Position numbers and translations under genes: made by a program | In this document: positions 48,224 to 56,803 of the stretch, piece by piece | How positions within the stretch are numbered: the stretch's first letter is position 1 | How the letters are laid out: each line of letters opens with the position of its first letter | Assembly: GCA_029863525.1 (NCBI GenBank) | Contig: JAOTVL010000004.1 | Coordinates: forward strand, 291-64,290 | Direction: 5' to 3' | From: Gemmatimonadota bacterium | GTDB lineage: Bacteria; Gemmatimonadota; Gemmatimonadetes; Longimicrobiales; Gaopeijiaceae | Length of the DNA: 64,000 bases | Notes under the pieces: generated by a model | Database searches by the model: none | Told to the model about the DNA's origin: nothing | What the model saw: the letters and a program-made list of their open reading frames with translations, nothing else

Positions 48224-50554
48224 TCAGCCGCTTCGGGCCCGGATCGCCTCCAGTCGCTCGCGCGCGGCCTGGACCCGAGGCTGAAGGATCGGATCCGCGT
48301 CTGCCCATAGCTCGATGAACTGCGCGGTGTAGAGCGCGGCCTTCTCCAGATTCTCCCGCTCCTCGTGGAGCTGACCCAGTCGCTCGAGGATGGGGCCCCG
48401 AGCACGGGCGTCGTCATACAGCCTGGACCACCAGGGAGTCTCGAGGTACCGCTCGTACACAGCGATCGCCGAATCTCCGACGCTGGCCCGGTCGTACGCC
48501 AGTCCGATCTCGTCGAGAAGGCAGATCGGGCACATGAATTGCGCCTTCGTGTCCCACTCTAGGAATTGCGTCAACGCCTCCGCCGCCCGTCCCTCCGAAA
48601 GGGCCAACTCTGCCTCGGCCCAAGCTGCCCCCGCACCTTTTGGGTCTCGCCTCAGCTCGGGCGGAACCTCCTCCGCCCATGTGCGAAGCCAGCGGCGAGC
48701 CTCGTCCGGCCTCCCTCCGCGTGCGAAGGCGGCAGCGACGTCGAAGTAGGGTCGATCCGCCCGATCGATCGAATCGATGGGGAAGTGTGCGAGCGCCTCT
48801 TCCAGGATCGCGAGCCCCCCTTCGCGGTCCCCCCCGTCGGCGCGGAGGCGGACGAGCTCCGTGGCGTTGACCAGGTACCACCGTCCAAATCCGCGCTCCG
48901 CCTGCCCGGCCATGAGGCGCCGATAATGGTCCTCCGCCTCCCGCAGTCTTCCACGCATCCACGCGAGGTTGGCGAGCCAATACGGGTCCGCAAGGGCCAC
49001 CGCCAGGGAATCGGCCCTTCCGAAGTCGCCATCGGCTTGAGCCAACCTGAGCGCTACGAAGTCCCAGCGTGCCGAATCGCGATTGGCGGCGCGGGCCTCT
49101 GCCAGCGCCGCCACGGCCTCGTGGCGCTTCCCGAGCGCGTACTTTTCGCGGATGCGATTCTGGTGGCTGATCCAATTCGTGACGGTTCCGCCCCTGGCCT
49201 CGACCATCTCGAAGTTAAGGTCGGTGACGTGCTCGGCCTCTTCGAACCGGCGGAGCTGCTCGTACGCGATGGCGAGGTTGGCCCAGGTTCCTGATGAGTC
49301 GGGACTCAGCTCGATGGCTCGTCGGTACTCCGCGATCGTCGTCTCAAAGTCACGGATCGCGTAGGCGTAATAGGCACGGAGATCGGCCCGCTCGTGCTCG
49401 GGCAGCCCGCTGGAGTGGCGCACCGCCGCGGCGGCAGCCTCCAGGTGTCGCGTCTGCTCCCCCAGGTTGTAGTGCAGAGCCCCCAGCTTGCGCCACGCGT
49501 GCGCGAACGTCGAATCGATCGCTACCGCCTCCTGGAGAAGCCGCATCGCGCGTGCCCGGTCTCCCTCCACATTCTCGGCCCACGATCCTTCGACGTAGAG
49601 CTTGAGCGCGTCCAGGGAGGACGTCGTGGCCCGACTGAGTCGGGGGCTCGCGTTCACATCCCGGAGCGACTCGCCGGCCCGCTTGCGGAAGCGGCGCGCG
49701 AGCTGGTCGATCGCTGGGATCAGTTCGGAGTCGTCGCTCGCCGTCTCGTGGTGCGAAAGCACGATGTCGCCGGACTCCGCGATGACGAGGTCCGCCGACA
49801 AGAGATACCCGGTTCCGACTTTGTCCACGACGCCGGCGACGAAGCCCTTCAGGCCCTCTCGCGTTGCGATCTCTCGCGCGGTCGGGCGATCGATCGCCGT
49901 GCCGTACGGGTCGCGTTCCATGCGACGCAGAGTCACTTCGATCGCGGACGGATCCATGAACCGAAGGACCGAGGACTCCGCCAAAGCGCGTCGCAGGCCC
50001 TCCGTCACCGTCCGCGCAAGCGTCGTGTCGGTGAAGCTCTGAAAGTCCGCGAGGACGAGCTCCTCTTCCGCATCAAGCACGCCGCGCGCCACGAGGGAGC
50101 CCGCGGGTCCGATCCCGAGCGATCGCATGCCGAGGAAGCTGGCCGTGATGAGTCCGAGAAGGGTGAATGCGCCCACGCCGCTCCAGGCGGCGTTCCGCCA
50201 GGTGAGCAGATGTGGCGTCCGGGACGGGGTCCCCACGGGGACCGGCCCGTGGGCGACGGCCGCGCCCGGCTCGACGGCGGATGCGTGCGATTCGACAGAT
50301 GCACTGGGCTCGGGACCTGGCCCGGCGTCCGGATCGGCGTGGCCGTGTTGGACGAACGCAGTGGCCACGACGAGGGGGAAGCCGATGGCGAAGATCGCGA
50401 TCGCGGCTCCCGGAACCCACTCCGGCAGGCCGACGCTATCGGTAAGGGTCTCGACGACCTGGAGCGCCACCCAGCTCGCGGTGAGATAGACGCCGACTAC
50501 CTGCCACAGCGAGCGGCGGTGGATCTCGTGGATCAACTGCCCGAATCCGGTCAT
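48224..50554 (-). CDS. membrane-anchored TPR-repeat protein
   Basis: 776 aa. The N-terminal two-TM module (RRSLWQVVGVYLTASWVALQVVETL...) resembles that of 32370-34685. TolB_N-like region and TPRs. Confidence 0.82.
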   Translation of the reverse strand: MTGFGQLIHEIHRRSLWQVVGVYLTASWVALQVVETLTDSVGLPEWVPGAAIAIFAIGFPLVVATAFVQHGHADPDAGPGPEPSASVESHASAVEPGAAVAHGPVPVGTPSRTPHLLTWRNAAWSGVGAFTLLGLITASFLGMRSLGIGPAGSLVARGVLDAEEELVLADFQSFTDTTLARTVTEGLRRALAESSVLRFMDPSAIEVTLRRMERDPYGTAIDRPTAREIATREGLKGFVAGVVDKVGTGYLLSADLVIAESGDIVLSHHETASDDSELIPAIDQLARRFRKRAGESLRDVNASPRLSRATTSSLDALKLYVEGSWAENVEGDRARAMRLLQEAVAIDSTFAHAWRKLGALHYNLGEQTRHLEAAAAAVRHSSGLPEHERADLRAYYAYAIRDFETTIAEYRRAIELSPDSSGTWANLAIAYEQLRRFEEAEHVTDLNFEMVEARGGTVTNWISHQNRIREKYALGKRHEAVAALAEARAANRDSARWDFVALRLAQADGDFGRADSLAVALADPYWLANLAWMRGRLREAEDHYRRLMAGQAERGFGRWYLVNATELVRLRADGGDREGGLAILEEALAHFPIDSIDRADRPYFDVAAAFARGGRPDEARRWLRTWAEEVPPELRRDPKGAGAAWAEAELALSEGRAAEALTQFLEWDTKAQFMCPICLLDEIGLAYDRASVGDSAIAVYERYLETPWWSRLYDDARARGPILERLGQLHEERENLEKAALYTAQFIELWADADPILQPRVQAARERLEAIRARSG

Positions 50555-50711
50555 ATACGGGCTTGGCTCTCGTCGACGAGTACAGTGACCGTGCCTCCCT
50601 GAACAACGTCCGCTGTCGGTTGGGCGGGGTCAAGATGTCTTGAGGGATGGTGCCCGGCCGCGGATCCCCTTCGAAGTTCTGTCTGCGAAGCGGCCGAGCC
50701 GTTGGTTGTCT

Positions 50712-50995
50712 TCAGTCTACCTGCCGCAGGCCGAGCCGGCGCGCCGCTGTGTCGTGGCGAATGTGGGGACCGATTCGATCCCACAAACGAACTTCCGCGT
50801 CGAGGATCCACTCGTTCAGCTCCTCCATCGCTGCCCGCCGGTCCTCGAAATGGAACAACCAGTTCCCTTCGCAGTTCGGGGTTCCGAATCAGGTCCAGGT
50901 CACCGGCCGCGTTTAGCCCTGAGTAGCCCGCGTTCGCTGCCTCGTACGAGTTGGTCCCCGGAATCGCGGAGACGATCTCAATCATCGAGTCAATC
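50712..50995 (-). pseudogene. frameshifted C-terminal remnant of a DUF6090-like gene
   Basis: One frame reads SMIEIVSAIPGTNSYEAANAGYSGLNAAGDLDLIRNPELRRELV. After a 1-nt shift near 50855-50870 it continues NWLFHFEDRRAAMEELNEWILDAEVRLWDRIGPHIRHDTAARRLGLRQVD, ending at a stop at 50712-50714. Confidence 0.5.
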
Positions 50996-51135
50996 GGCGC
51001 GTCTGGACGTGGGAGGGTGTTGTGTAGCCGCGGTGCGCCCGAACCTTGCGGACACGGCCGGTCCCCGCGGATCTTGCCCCGAGCTTCGCGGCTGCCCGGT
51101 CCGTCGCGGCTCCCCTCCACGGTGGAAACGGCCAC

Positions 51136-52041
51136 GTGAACCCCTTCACACCTTCGTCCGCGCCGATCGCTGGAGCGCCGGCCGCCTTCCTTTCCGGCCT
51201 CCTCCTCCTCGCGTGCGCAGACCCACCCGAATCCGATACGACCCACGACTCCTCGGATGCTCCCGTCGTGGTCGACCGGGCGAGACTGGTCCCGGGCGTG
51301 GACCTCGCACTCTGTCTCCGGCTCGCGGGCGACGCGCTCCAAGGGGAACAGCCGGGCTGCCCATCGTTTCTCCCCGTCGCCCTCCGGGACCCCATCGAGC
51401 GCTGTAGCGAGTTCGGCGAGCTCGTCCCCCAGACGGAGTCGTGGATCTGGTCTCTGGACGTCGATCGGGACGGCGTTCCCGAGTACCTGATGGACGTTGC
51501 GGAGAACTACACGTGCGACGGCGCCCCCGGTGTGCTGGCGTGCGGCAGCCTCGGATGCCCCTCGCCTCTCTACACTGGACGGGCCGGCGTGTGGGAGGTG
51601 ATCGGATATTTGAACGTTTTGGACGCACCCGGCGTGGAGCTGCTCGCCGCCCCCTCGGGGGCGTCCTACGGCTCACTCCGTGGAGGATGCGGGGGCACGC
51701 GCCCCTGCGACGAGCTCACGTACTACGATTGGGACGGGACTGCCTACGTCCGCACCGCCGTCGACGTGCGCGGGAGCTGGGTGGACCTGACCCCGATCGG
51801 CGTCCGGGTCCTCAGCAGGGACGCCCCCCTTCTCGAGGAGCCGACGGCGGGCGCCGCGGTGATCGATCTACTGCCCGCGGGTCGGGACGTGATCGTGCTC
51901 GGGGAAGCCCGGGATCGCCCCTATCACTACGTGTCGCCTTGCAACGTGTGCGCCTCGGGCTTCATCCAGACGGACGCGCTGGAGGAGGGCGACATAGCCG
52001 TGACCCAGCGGACGTACGCGCACATCGGCCGATCTCCGTGA
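51136..52041 (+). CDS. Cys-rich hypothetical lipoprotein
   Basis: Lipobox FLSGLLLLAC. The start is uncertain (GTG at 51136 or TTG at 51046). Confidence 0.55.
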   Translation: MNPFTPSSAPIAGAPAAFLSGLLLLACADPPESDTTHDSSDAPVVVDRARLVPGVDLALCLRLAGDALQGEQPGCPSFLPVALRDPIERCSEFGELVPQTESWIWSLDVDRDGVPEYLMDVAENYTCDGAPGVLACGSLGCPSPLYTGRAGVWEVIGYLNVLDAPGVELLAAPSGASYGSLRGGCGGTRPCDELTYYDWDGTAYVRTAVDVRGSWVDLTPIGVRVLSRDAPLLEEPTAGAAVIDLLPAGRDVIVLGEARDRPYHYVSPCNVCASGFIQTDALEEGDIAVTQRTYAHIGRSP

Positions 52042-52069
52042 GCGCCTGCAACGAAGTCGAGCCGCCGGG

Positions 52070-52107
52070 CTGCTCCATGTCACACGGAGCAGGGCTCCGT
52101 CGTTTCC
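52070..52107 (+). terminator. possible terminator hairpin
   Basis: CTGCTCC-N9-GGAGCAG followed by a weakly T-rich tail (GTCGTTTCC). Confidence 0.3.
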
Positions 52108-52201
52108 ACAATGGAGCGTCGCACCAATGAGGCCAACCACCGTGGAATCGGGCTGGCCACGACGCTAGAGTGGAACCCTAGTGACCAGGGAGCGTGCGAA
52201 A

Positions 52202-53506
52202 ATGCGAAAAGTCGGTTGGGCGTCGCCCGTCTGCGCCGCGGTAGCTATCGCCGCGGCAACACTCATCGGTGTTACCGGTTGCTCAGATACTGAGCGAGTA
52301 TGGGGGTTCTCGCCGATCTACCTCACTTATGCGGAGCTCCGAACGCCGGTCACGGCGGTGGCTCCCGTAGAAATCGACATAACCGGCAAGATCTACGTCA
52401 AAGACAGCTACATCTACGTCAACGAGCTCTACGAGGGAATCCACGTCATCGACAATGCCGACCCGTCCTCGCCGCAGAGGATTGCCTTCATCCCGATCCC
52501 AGGCAACGTCGACATGGCAATACAGGGCACCACCCTATACTCCGACAGCTATGTCGACCTCGTAGCGATCGACATCGCCGACCCGTTGAATGCCGTTGAG
52601 GTCGCACGGATCGAAGACGCCTTTCCGTACATGACCCCCTGGCCCTGGCTCCAGGGAGATTTCGTCGCCGGCAGCCCCGTCGAGACTCCCGATGAGAGCC
52701 TCGGCGTTGTCGTGGGATGGGAGCAGACGCTAATCGAGCGCGAGCGCAGGGATTTCATATTCGATGTTGCTGCCCCCACAGCCACGAACCGCTCAGACGC
52801 GACCGGCACGGGCGGATCGATGGCCCGGTTCACCATTGTCGAACCCTTCCTGTACGCCCTTCACGATTCGTACATCCAGCTCGTGCGGATTGACGATCCC
52901 GTCAATCCAAGTCTCTGGAGCACGGTCGACGTCGGCTGGGGCATCGAAACGATATTTCCGTACGGGAACCAACTGTTCATTGGATCCACCACGGGGATGT
53001 TCATATACGACAACACCGACCCCGAGAACCCGACGAGGCTCTCCCAGTTTGCGCACGTCACCAGCTGCGATCCCGTGGTGGCCCAAGGCGACTATGCTTA
53101 CGTGACACTGAGGGCGGGAAGCTTCTGCGGGGGGGGCGTGAATCGGCTCGACATCCTCGACATTGCCGACCTCACGGATCCGCTGATGGTCGAAAGCTAC
53201 TCGATGCAGGGACCCTTCGGTCTGGGGATTGACGGCTCGACGTTGTTCGTGTGCGACGGCGTCGCCGGGCTCAAGGTATATGACGTGACCGACCCCATGA
53301 ACATTGACCTGCTCGCGTTTGAAACGAGCAACGAGACTTACGATGTCATACTCATTCCGCCGTTGGCAATCGTGGTCGGTCCCGACGGCCTCGACCAGTA
53401 CGACTACAGCGACGTCGCGACGACTGGGGAGCTCGTGCTTCTGAGTCACCTCGACGTGGTGAAGCCGCTGACGCCGGCGTCGACCGCTCCGACGTATGTC
53501 CGGTGA
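52202..53506 (+). CDS. LVIVD-repeat beta-propeller lipoprotein
   Basis: MRKVGWASPVCAAVAIAAATLIGVTGCSD lipobox. Repeated h-h-V-h-D-h-x-D-P motifs (HVIDNADPSSP, VAIDIADPLN, VRIDDPVNP, IYDNTDPENP, ILDIADLTDP, VYDVTDPMN). G+C is lower than in the flanks. Confidence 0.75.
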   Translation: MRKVGWASPVCAAVAIAAATLIGVTGCSDTERVWGFSPIYLTYAELRTPVTAVAPVEIDITGKIYVKDSYIYVNELYEGIHVIDNADPSSPQRIAFIPIPGNVDMAIQGTTLYSDSYVDLVAIDIADPLNAVEVARIEDAFPYMTPWPWLQGDFVAGSPVETPDESLGVVVGWEQTLIERERRDFIFDVAAPTATNRSDATGTGGSMARFTIVEPFLYALHDSYIQLVRIDDPVNPSLWSTVDVGWGIETIFPYGNQLFIGSTTGMFIYDNTDPENPTRLSQFAHVTSCDPVVAQGDYAYVTLRAGSFCGGGVNRLDILDIADLTDPLMVESYSMQGPFGLGIDGSTLFVCDGVAGLKVYDVTDPMNIDLLAFETSNETYDVILIPPLAIVVGPDGLDQYDYSDVATTGELVLLSHLDVVKPLTPASTAPTYVR

Positions 53507-53607
53507 AGGCCAGCCCGCGTTGCGAGCTGCTCCTGGGTAAGCCCGCACTTCAGGCGATGTTCCCGGATTGTGCGTCCGATCACTTGCCGCACTCGCTTGT
53601 CGTTCAT
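53446..53607 (-). pseudogene. truncated XRE-family HTH gene (first ~40 aa of an HTH_3 domain)
   Basis: MNDKRVRQVIGRTIREHRLKCGLTQEQLATRAGLHRTYVGAV is followed by unrelated residues and a stop. The 3' end overlaps the convergent LVIVD gene by about 60 nt. Not in the ORF track (53 aa). Confidence 0.45.
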
Positions 53608-54070
53608 GCGGAAGCATCATCCACCGACGCCGGTCACGGGTCTACAGACTATAAGTAGCACGACGCGACGGCAGAGACTGGACGCCGTCTAACCGCGGGA
53701 CTCGGACTTGGGGCCGCGCATGAGGCGCCCCATGGCCCGACCGGCCATGACCTGGAGGCCGGATGTGGCGTTAGATCTGGAGCGGACATCAGGGCCGGAG
53801 TTGGTGGCCGATTCCGGGGTCCTTGGAACGCTCATGCAGCAGAGTTAGACCAAGTGGGTGAGCCAGGCAGATGATGGCTCTGCTCTCATTGAGTTCCACC
53901 AATGGATTGGGTCGGCCACAGCGAGCTTCGCGAACGGCGTTCTCAGCCTGGCTACAGCGCGCCAAGCGCCATCGACGCTGACAGAGGGCTCACGGGCCGA
54001 CCGAGGCCGTGTTCGCGCCGTCGCCGACGCTAGAGCGTGCTTCTGCAGCAAGAGAATCGCGGACAAGACA

Positions 54071-54102
54071 AAGCCGCCACCCCGCGAAAGGAGTGACGGC
54101 TT
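54071..54102 (-). terminator. hairpin downstream of the Big_2 lipoprotein gene
   Basis: AAGCCGCCAC-N12-GTGACGGCTT pairs at 9 of 10 positions. On the minus strand it is followed by TGTCTTGTCC. Confidence 0.35.
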
Positions 54103-54189
54103 CGTCTGTGTATTAGATCGGGCTGACCAACTGCTCGCTACGCCGCCACGCGACGAGCCCGAGGCCCAGGATGTCGGTCAGCTAGGCGG

Positions 54190-55632
54190 TCAGTTGATCA
54201 CCTCAATCGTCATGTCCTCTAGTTGGAAGAAGCCGGGCTCGGTGAAGGGCCCCAGAGGCTCCCGGAAGGTCGCCTGGGAGAACCACAATGGCAGCCACGT
54301 GTTCGTCGCCGACATGGTGATACGCAGTACCGCGAGGTACTCATGCCCAGCCGTGAGTGGGACGTTTCTCACAAGCACCTCATACGGGACCTCGGCCTTT
54401 TCCCATTCTGGTATCGGGACGGGAACGGGCACGCCCTGAACGGCAACCACCTTGAACCCGCCGCTCTTGGAGCGCTGGTCGATGTCCTCGTCGATCCGCA
54501 TTGAACCCGCAGTGGCATCATAGAGGCTGAAGTTGATCTTGTATGAGGCTGCACCAAGCGTGCTGGCAAAAAGCCGGGCCAGGAACTTCGTCTGCAGGTT
54601 GACCGTGGCGGAGTACGTTTCACCCTCTGGACCACCCACGGAGAAATTTCGAGCCAGGGCGGGACGGGTGGTGACGGTCTCATGGAACGGCGGAACGAGC
54701 TGTTCCGAGAAGTCTGACACCCAAGCGTACACGGAGGGCCTCATGATGCCGTCCCCGTCGAAAGAATTGCTGCACCTGCTGCGGGATATCCAGATATCCA
54801 GAATCGGTTCTCGGTCACGTGTGATAGTGCACGGATCGTCGACGCCGTAGAACTGAATGTCCCGATATGTTGTCTCGGCCTGCAAAACCAAGGGAATAGA
54901 TGTGTTCGCGATCGCGGGATCGGGAGGGGCTAGCAATGCGTACTGGCTGAAGCTCGTGACCTCTGCCGTCACCGTCTGGTCCGCCCGGTTGACTTCTCCG
55001 CCAACTGCTTCCCAGGTGTCGGCGGGCGTCACTTTGTAGACTCGCAGGAATCCCTCTTCAAGGGTATTCGGAAGCGAGGCGCGATCGTATCCGATCGTGA
55101 TCTCTATCGGCACGCTGAACTCGGTGCCGTCCGGTCCGAACTCATAAGCAGTCCCATCGACGAAGAAACTGCTACCTGGAGACGAAGTGGCCTCCTGGAC
55201 CGTCAGCTGGATCTCCCCCGACACCGCACCGGGTGGAACGACGAGCTTGACCAGGCCGCCGGCAGCGAGGACCGTCCCGCCCTCAGGCCCGGTCACAACT
55301 TCCATGGCCAGGGAGCCTGACACTCCCCCGGTCATCGCCGTAATCTCCGCCGAGCCATTCTCCCCGGCGGCGGTGACGAGACCGGAAGCACTAACCATCA
55401 GAACCGCCTCGTCAGACGAGGACCAGGTGTACGAGACTCCTGTCGCGATCGAGCCGTCTGTGTAGGTGGCGCTCACAGTCAGCTGTGCCGTTTCGCCCAT
55501 CGAGTAGAGCGTGCTGGTAGTCGATACGACACTAACTGAGGCCACGGTTTTTGGCCTGACCGGGTCTTCTCCGCCACAGCCCAACAGAAGTACCGAGAGA
55601 GCGACTCCAATGAGATTCACGCGGCGTATCAT
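54190..55632 (-). CDS. lipoprotein with bacterial Ig-like (Big_2) domain, function unknown
   Basis: MIRRVNLIGVALSVLLLGCGG lipobox. Big_2-like segment (VASVSVVSTTSTLYSMGETAQLTVSATYTDGS...WSSSDEAVLMVSASGLVTAAGENGSAEITA). Confidence 0.75.
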   Translation of the reverse strand: MIRRVNLIGVALSVLLLGCGGEDPVRPKTVASVSVVSTTSTLYSMGETAQLTVSATYTDGSIATGVSYTWSSSDEAVLMVSASGLVTAAGENGSAEITAMTGGVSGSLAMEVVTGPEGGTVLAAGGLVKLVVPPGAVSGEIQLTVQEATSSPGSSFFVDGTAYEFGPDGTEFSVPIEITIGYDRASLPNTLEEGFLRVYKVTPADTWEAVGGEVNRADQTVTAEVTSFSQYALLAPPDPAIANTSIPLVLQAETTYRDIQFYGVDDPCTITRDREPILDIWISRSRCSNSFDGDGIMRPSVYAWVSDFSEQLVPPFHETVTTRPALARNFSVGGPEGETYSATVNLQTKFLARLFASTLGAASYKINFSLYDATAGSMRIDEDIDQRSKSGGFKVVAVQGVPVPVPIPEWEKAEVPYEVLVRNVPLTAGHEYLAVLRITMSATNTWLPLWFSQATFREPLGPFTEPGFFQLEDMTIEVIN

Positions 55633-55900
55633 GCGCGCCTCCTAGGATTTGAGTGCACGGTAGGAACGAAAGTCGGCCGACACATACAAGGCGGGGCCTT
55701 AGCTAAGTCTTAACGCGCTCCTAAATCGACCTGGGGCCGCCCGGTCGGATGTCGATGCTAGGTAGGGCTCGCGCCGCTAGGTGACGAGCCTCCGACCGAG
55801 ATCCTGCCGTCGGTACGCGACCCGAGGCCGACCTCCACGAGCGCGTCGCAAGCCGCGTTCGCTACGTCGTCCCGGCCGCCCGGACCGTGATCGTCAGGCC

Positions 55901-55936
55901 GAAAAAGAAGAACCGGCCCCCCGTGGGAGGCCGGTT
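55901..55936 (-). terminator. rho-independent terminator downstream of the tRNA-like gene
   Basis: Minus strand reads AACCGGCC-N10-GGCCGGTT followed by CTTCTTTTTC. Confidence 0.65.
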
Positions 55937-55948
55937 TCTTGTGATTAG

Positions 55949-56023
55949 TGGAGCCAGGTGGATTTGAACCACCGTCCTCCCGTTAGGACTAACCAGGCGC
56001 TCTTCCGTCTGAGCTATGGCCCC
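55949..56023 (-). tRNA. tRNA-like gene with non-canonical anticodon arm (isotype undetermined)
   Basis: GGGGCCA TA GCTC-AGACGGAA-GAGC ... GGTGG-TTCAAAT-CCACC TGGCTCC A. The acceptor, D and T arms are canonical. The 25 nt between the D and T arms (GCCTGGTTAGTCCTAACGGGAGGAC) is 2 nt too long. It folds only with a 9-nt loop, or with a 7-nt loop that lacks U33. Confidence 0.55.
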
Positions 56024-56029
56024 GTTCTT

Positions 56030-56197
56030 CTAGGCTAGTTCTCCCCTACGCCGCCAGGTCAGGATGCCCAGGCCCATGAAGCCGGTGAGCATCAGCAGGT
56101 AGGTGCTGGGCTCGGGGGACGGAACGACAGCCGTTGTCTTCACCTTGATTGTCGTTGTCGCCCTGATCGTCGTCGTCGTCGCGGTACGACGTACCAT
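56030..56197 (-). pseudogene. PEP-CTERM sorting-signal remnant (no signal peptide or mature domain)
   Basis: ...VVPSPEPSTYLLMLTGFMGLGILTWRRRGELA matches the PEP motif, TM helix and Arg cluster of PEP-CTERM. What precedes it is only a Thr-rich stretch, and no N-terminal signal peptide is visible. Confidence 0.45.
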
Positions 56198-56618
56198 GAG
56201 AACACACCTGTAGGCTGGGGGTGAGCCTGATACAGAATGCAACGGCATCAGGGCACGCGCAATCAGACTGACCGCCTCCGACAACACCCAGGACAACCCA
56301 CCTGGCTGAACGCGGCGAAAAGCCAAAAAAATGTCGGAAAACGATCAACAAGGCATCGGATCGGAGGGCCCTCAGCCCCCTTTCGACGTAAAGCTTGTTC
56401 TTCTCCGACGACGTGTAGAAGCCGGCCGGTACGCCCGCCACCACGCCAAGTTCACAAAGTCCCAAGAAGGCGTCTCGCGGACAGCTTTTCTTCTGCGATG
56501 AGGGACTGTCCCGAAGGACGGCTACCACGGCTTTGCCCCAAGCCTCTCGAGGCTGTGGCTCGACGCCCTGCACGATCATGTCAACGGCCGCCAGAGCCGC
56601 CTGCCCGTATTCTCCCAT
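56046..56618 (-). CDS. hypothetical protein (DUF6979-like N-terminal ~100 aa); 3' half probably not genuine coding
   Basis: MGEYGQAALAAVDMIVQGVEPQPREAWGKAVVAVL...SSQKKSCPRDAFLGLCELGVVAGVP looks protein-like. After an A7 tract (56325-56331) the frame becomes junk-like and overlaps the PEP-CTERM frame. Confidence 0.45.
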   Translation of the reverse strand: MGEYGQAALAAVDMIVQGVEPQPREAWGKAVVAVLRDSPSSQKKSCPRDAFLGLCELGVVAGVPAGFYTSSEKNKLYVERGLRALRSDALLIVFRHFFGFSPRSARWVVLGVVGGGQSDCACPDAVAFCIRLTPSLQVCSHGTSYRDDDDDQGDNDNQGEDNGCRSVPRAQHLPADAHRLHGPGHPDLAA

Positions 56619-56803
56619 TGATGGCCCGTGACCGTTGATCAGTATTAGTCAGCTGCGATGCTGCCGACCCAGGTCCAAAAGCACAACGGAAGTTGCCGGG
56701 CCTACGCCTGTCCGGAAACACCGAGAACGGTTCCAAAGGTCGTCGCGGCAGGAATTGGTTTCAAAGAAGACTCCTCTGTGAGCTGGTCACTCCGGAGCCA
56801 TGG

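Noticed and set aside
53620-54190. ORFs 53845-54066 (minus) and 53858-54439 (plus) in the gap upstream of the truncated XRE gene
   Set aside because: The two overlap each other on opposite strands, show no motif I recognise and have poor codon bias. The plus-strand ORF also runs antisense into the Big_2 gene. The region is more likely non-coding or decayed.
55949-56023. Assigning the tRNA-like gene as tRNA-Asp (GTC) from the 7-nt-loop fold
   Set aside because: That fold requires A at position 33, C at position 37, an internal G-A mismatch and extra nucleotides at position 26 and in the variable loop. The isotype is therefore left undetermined.
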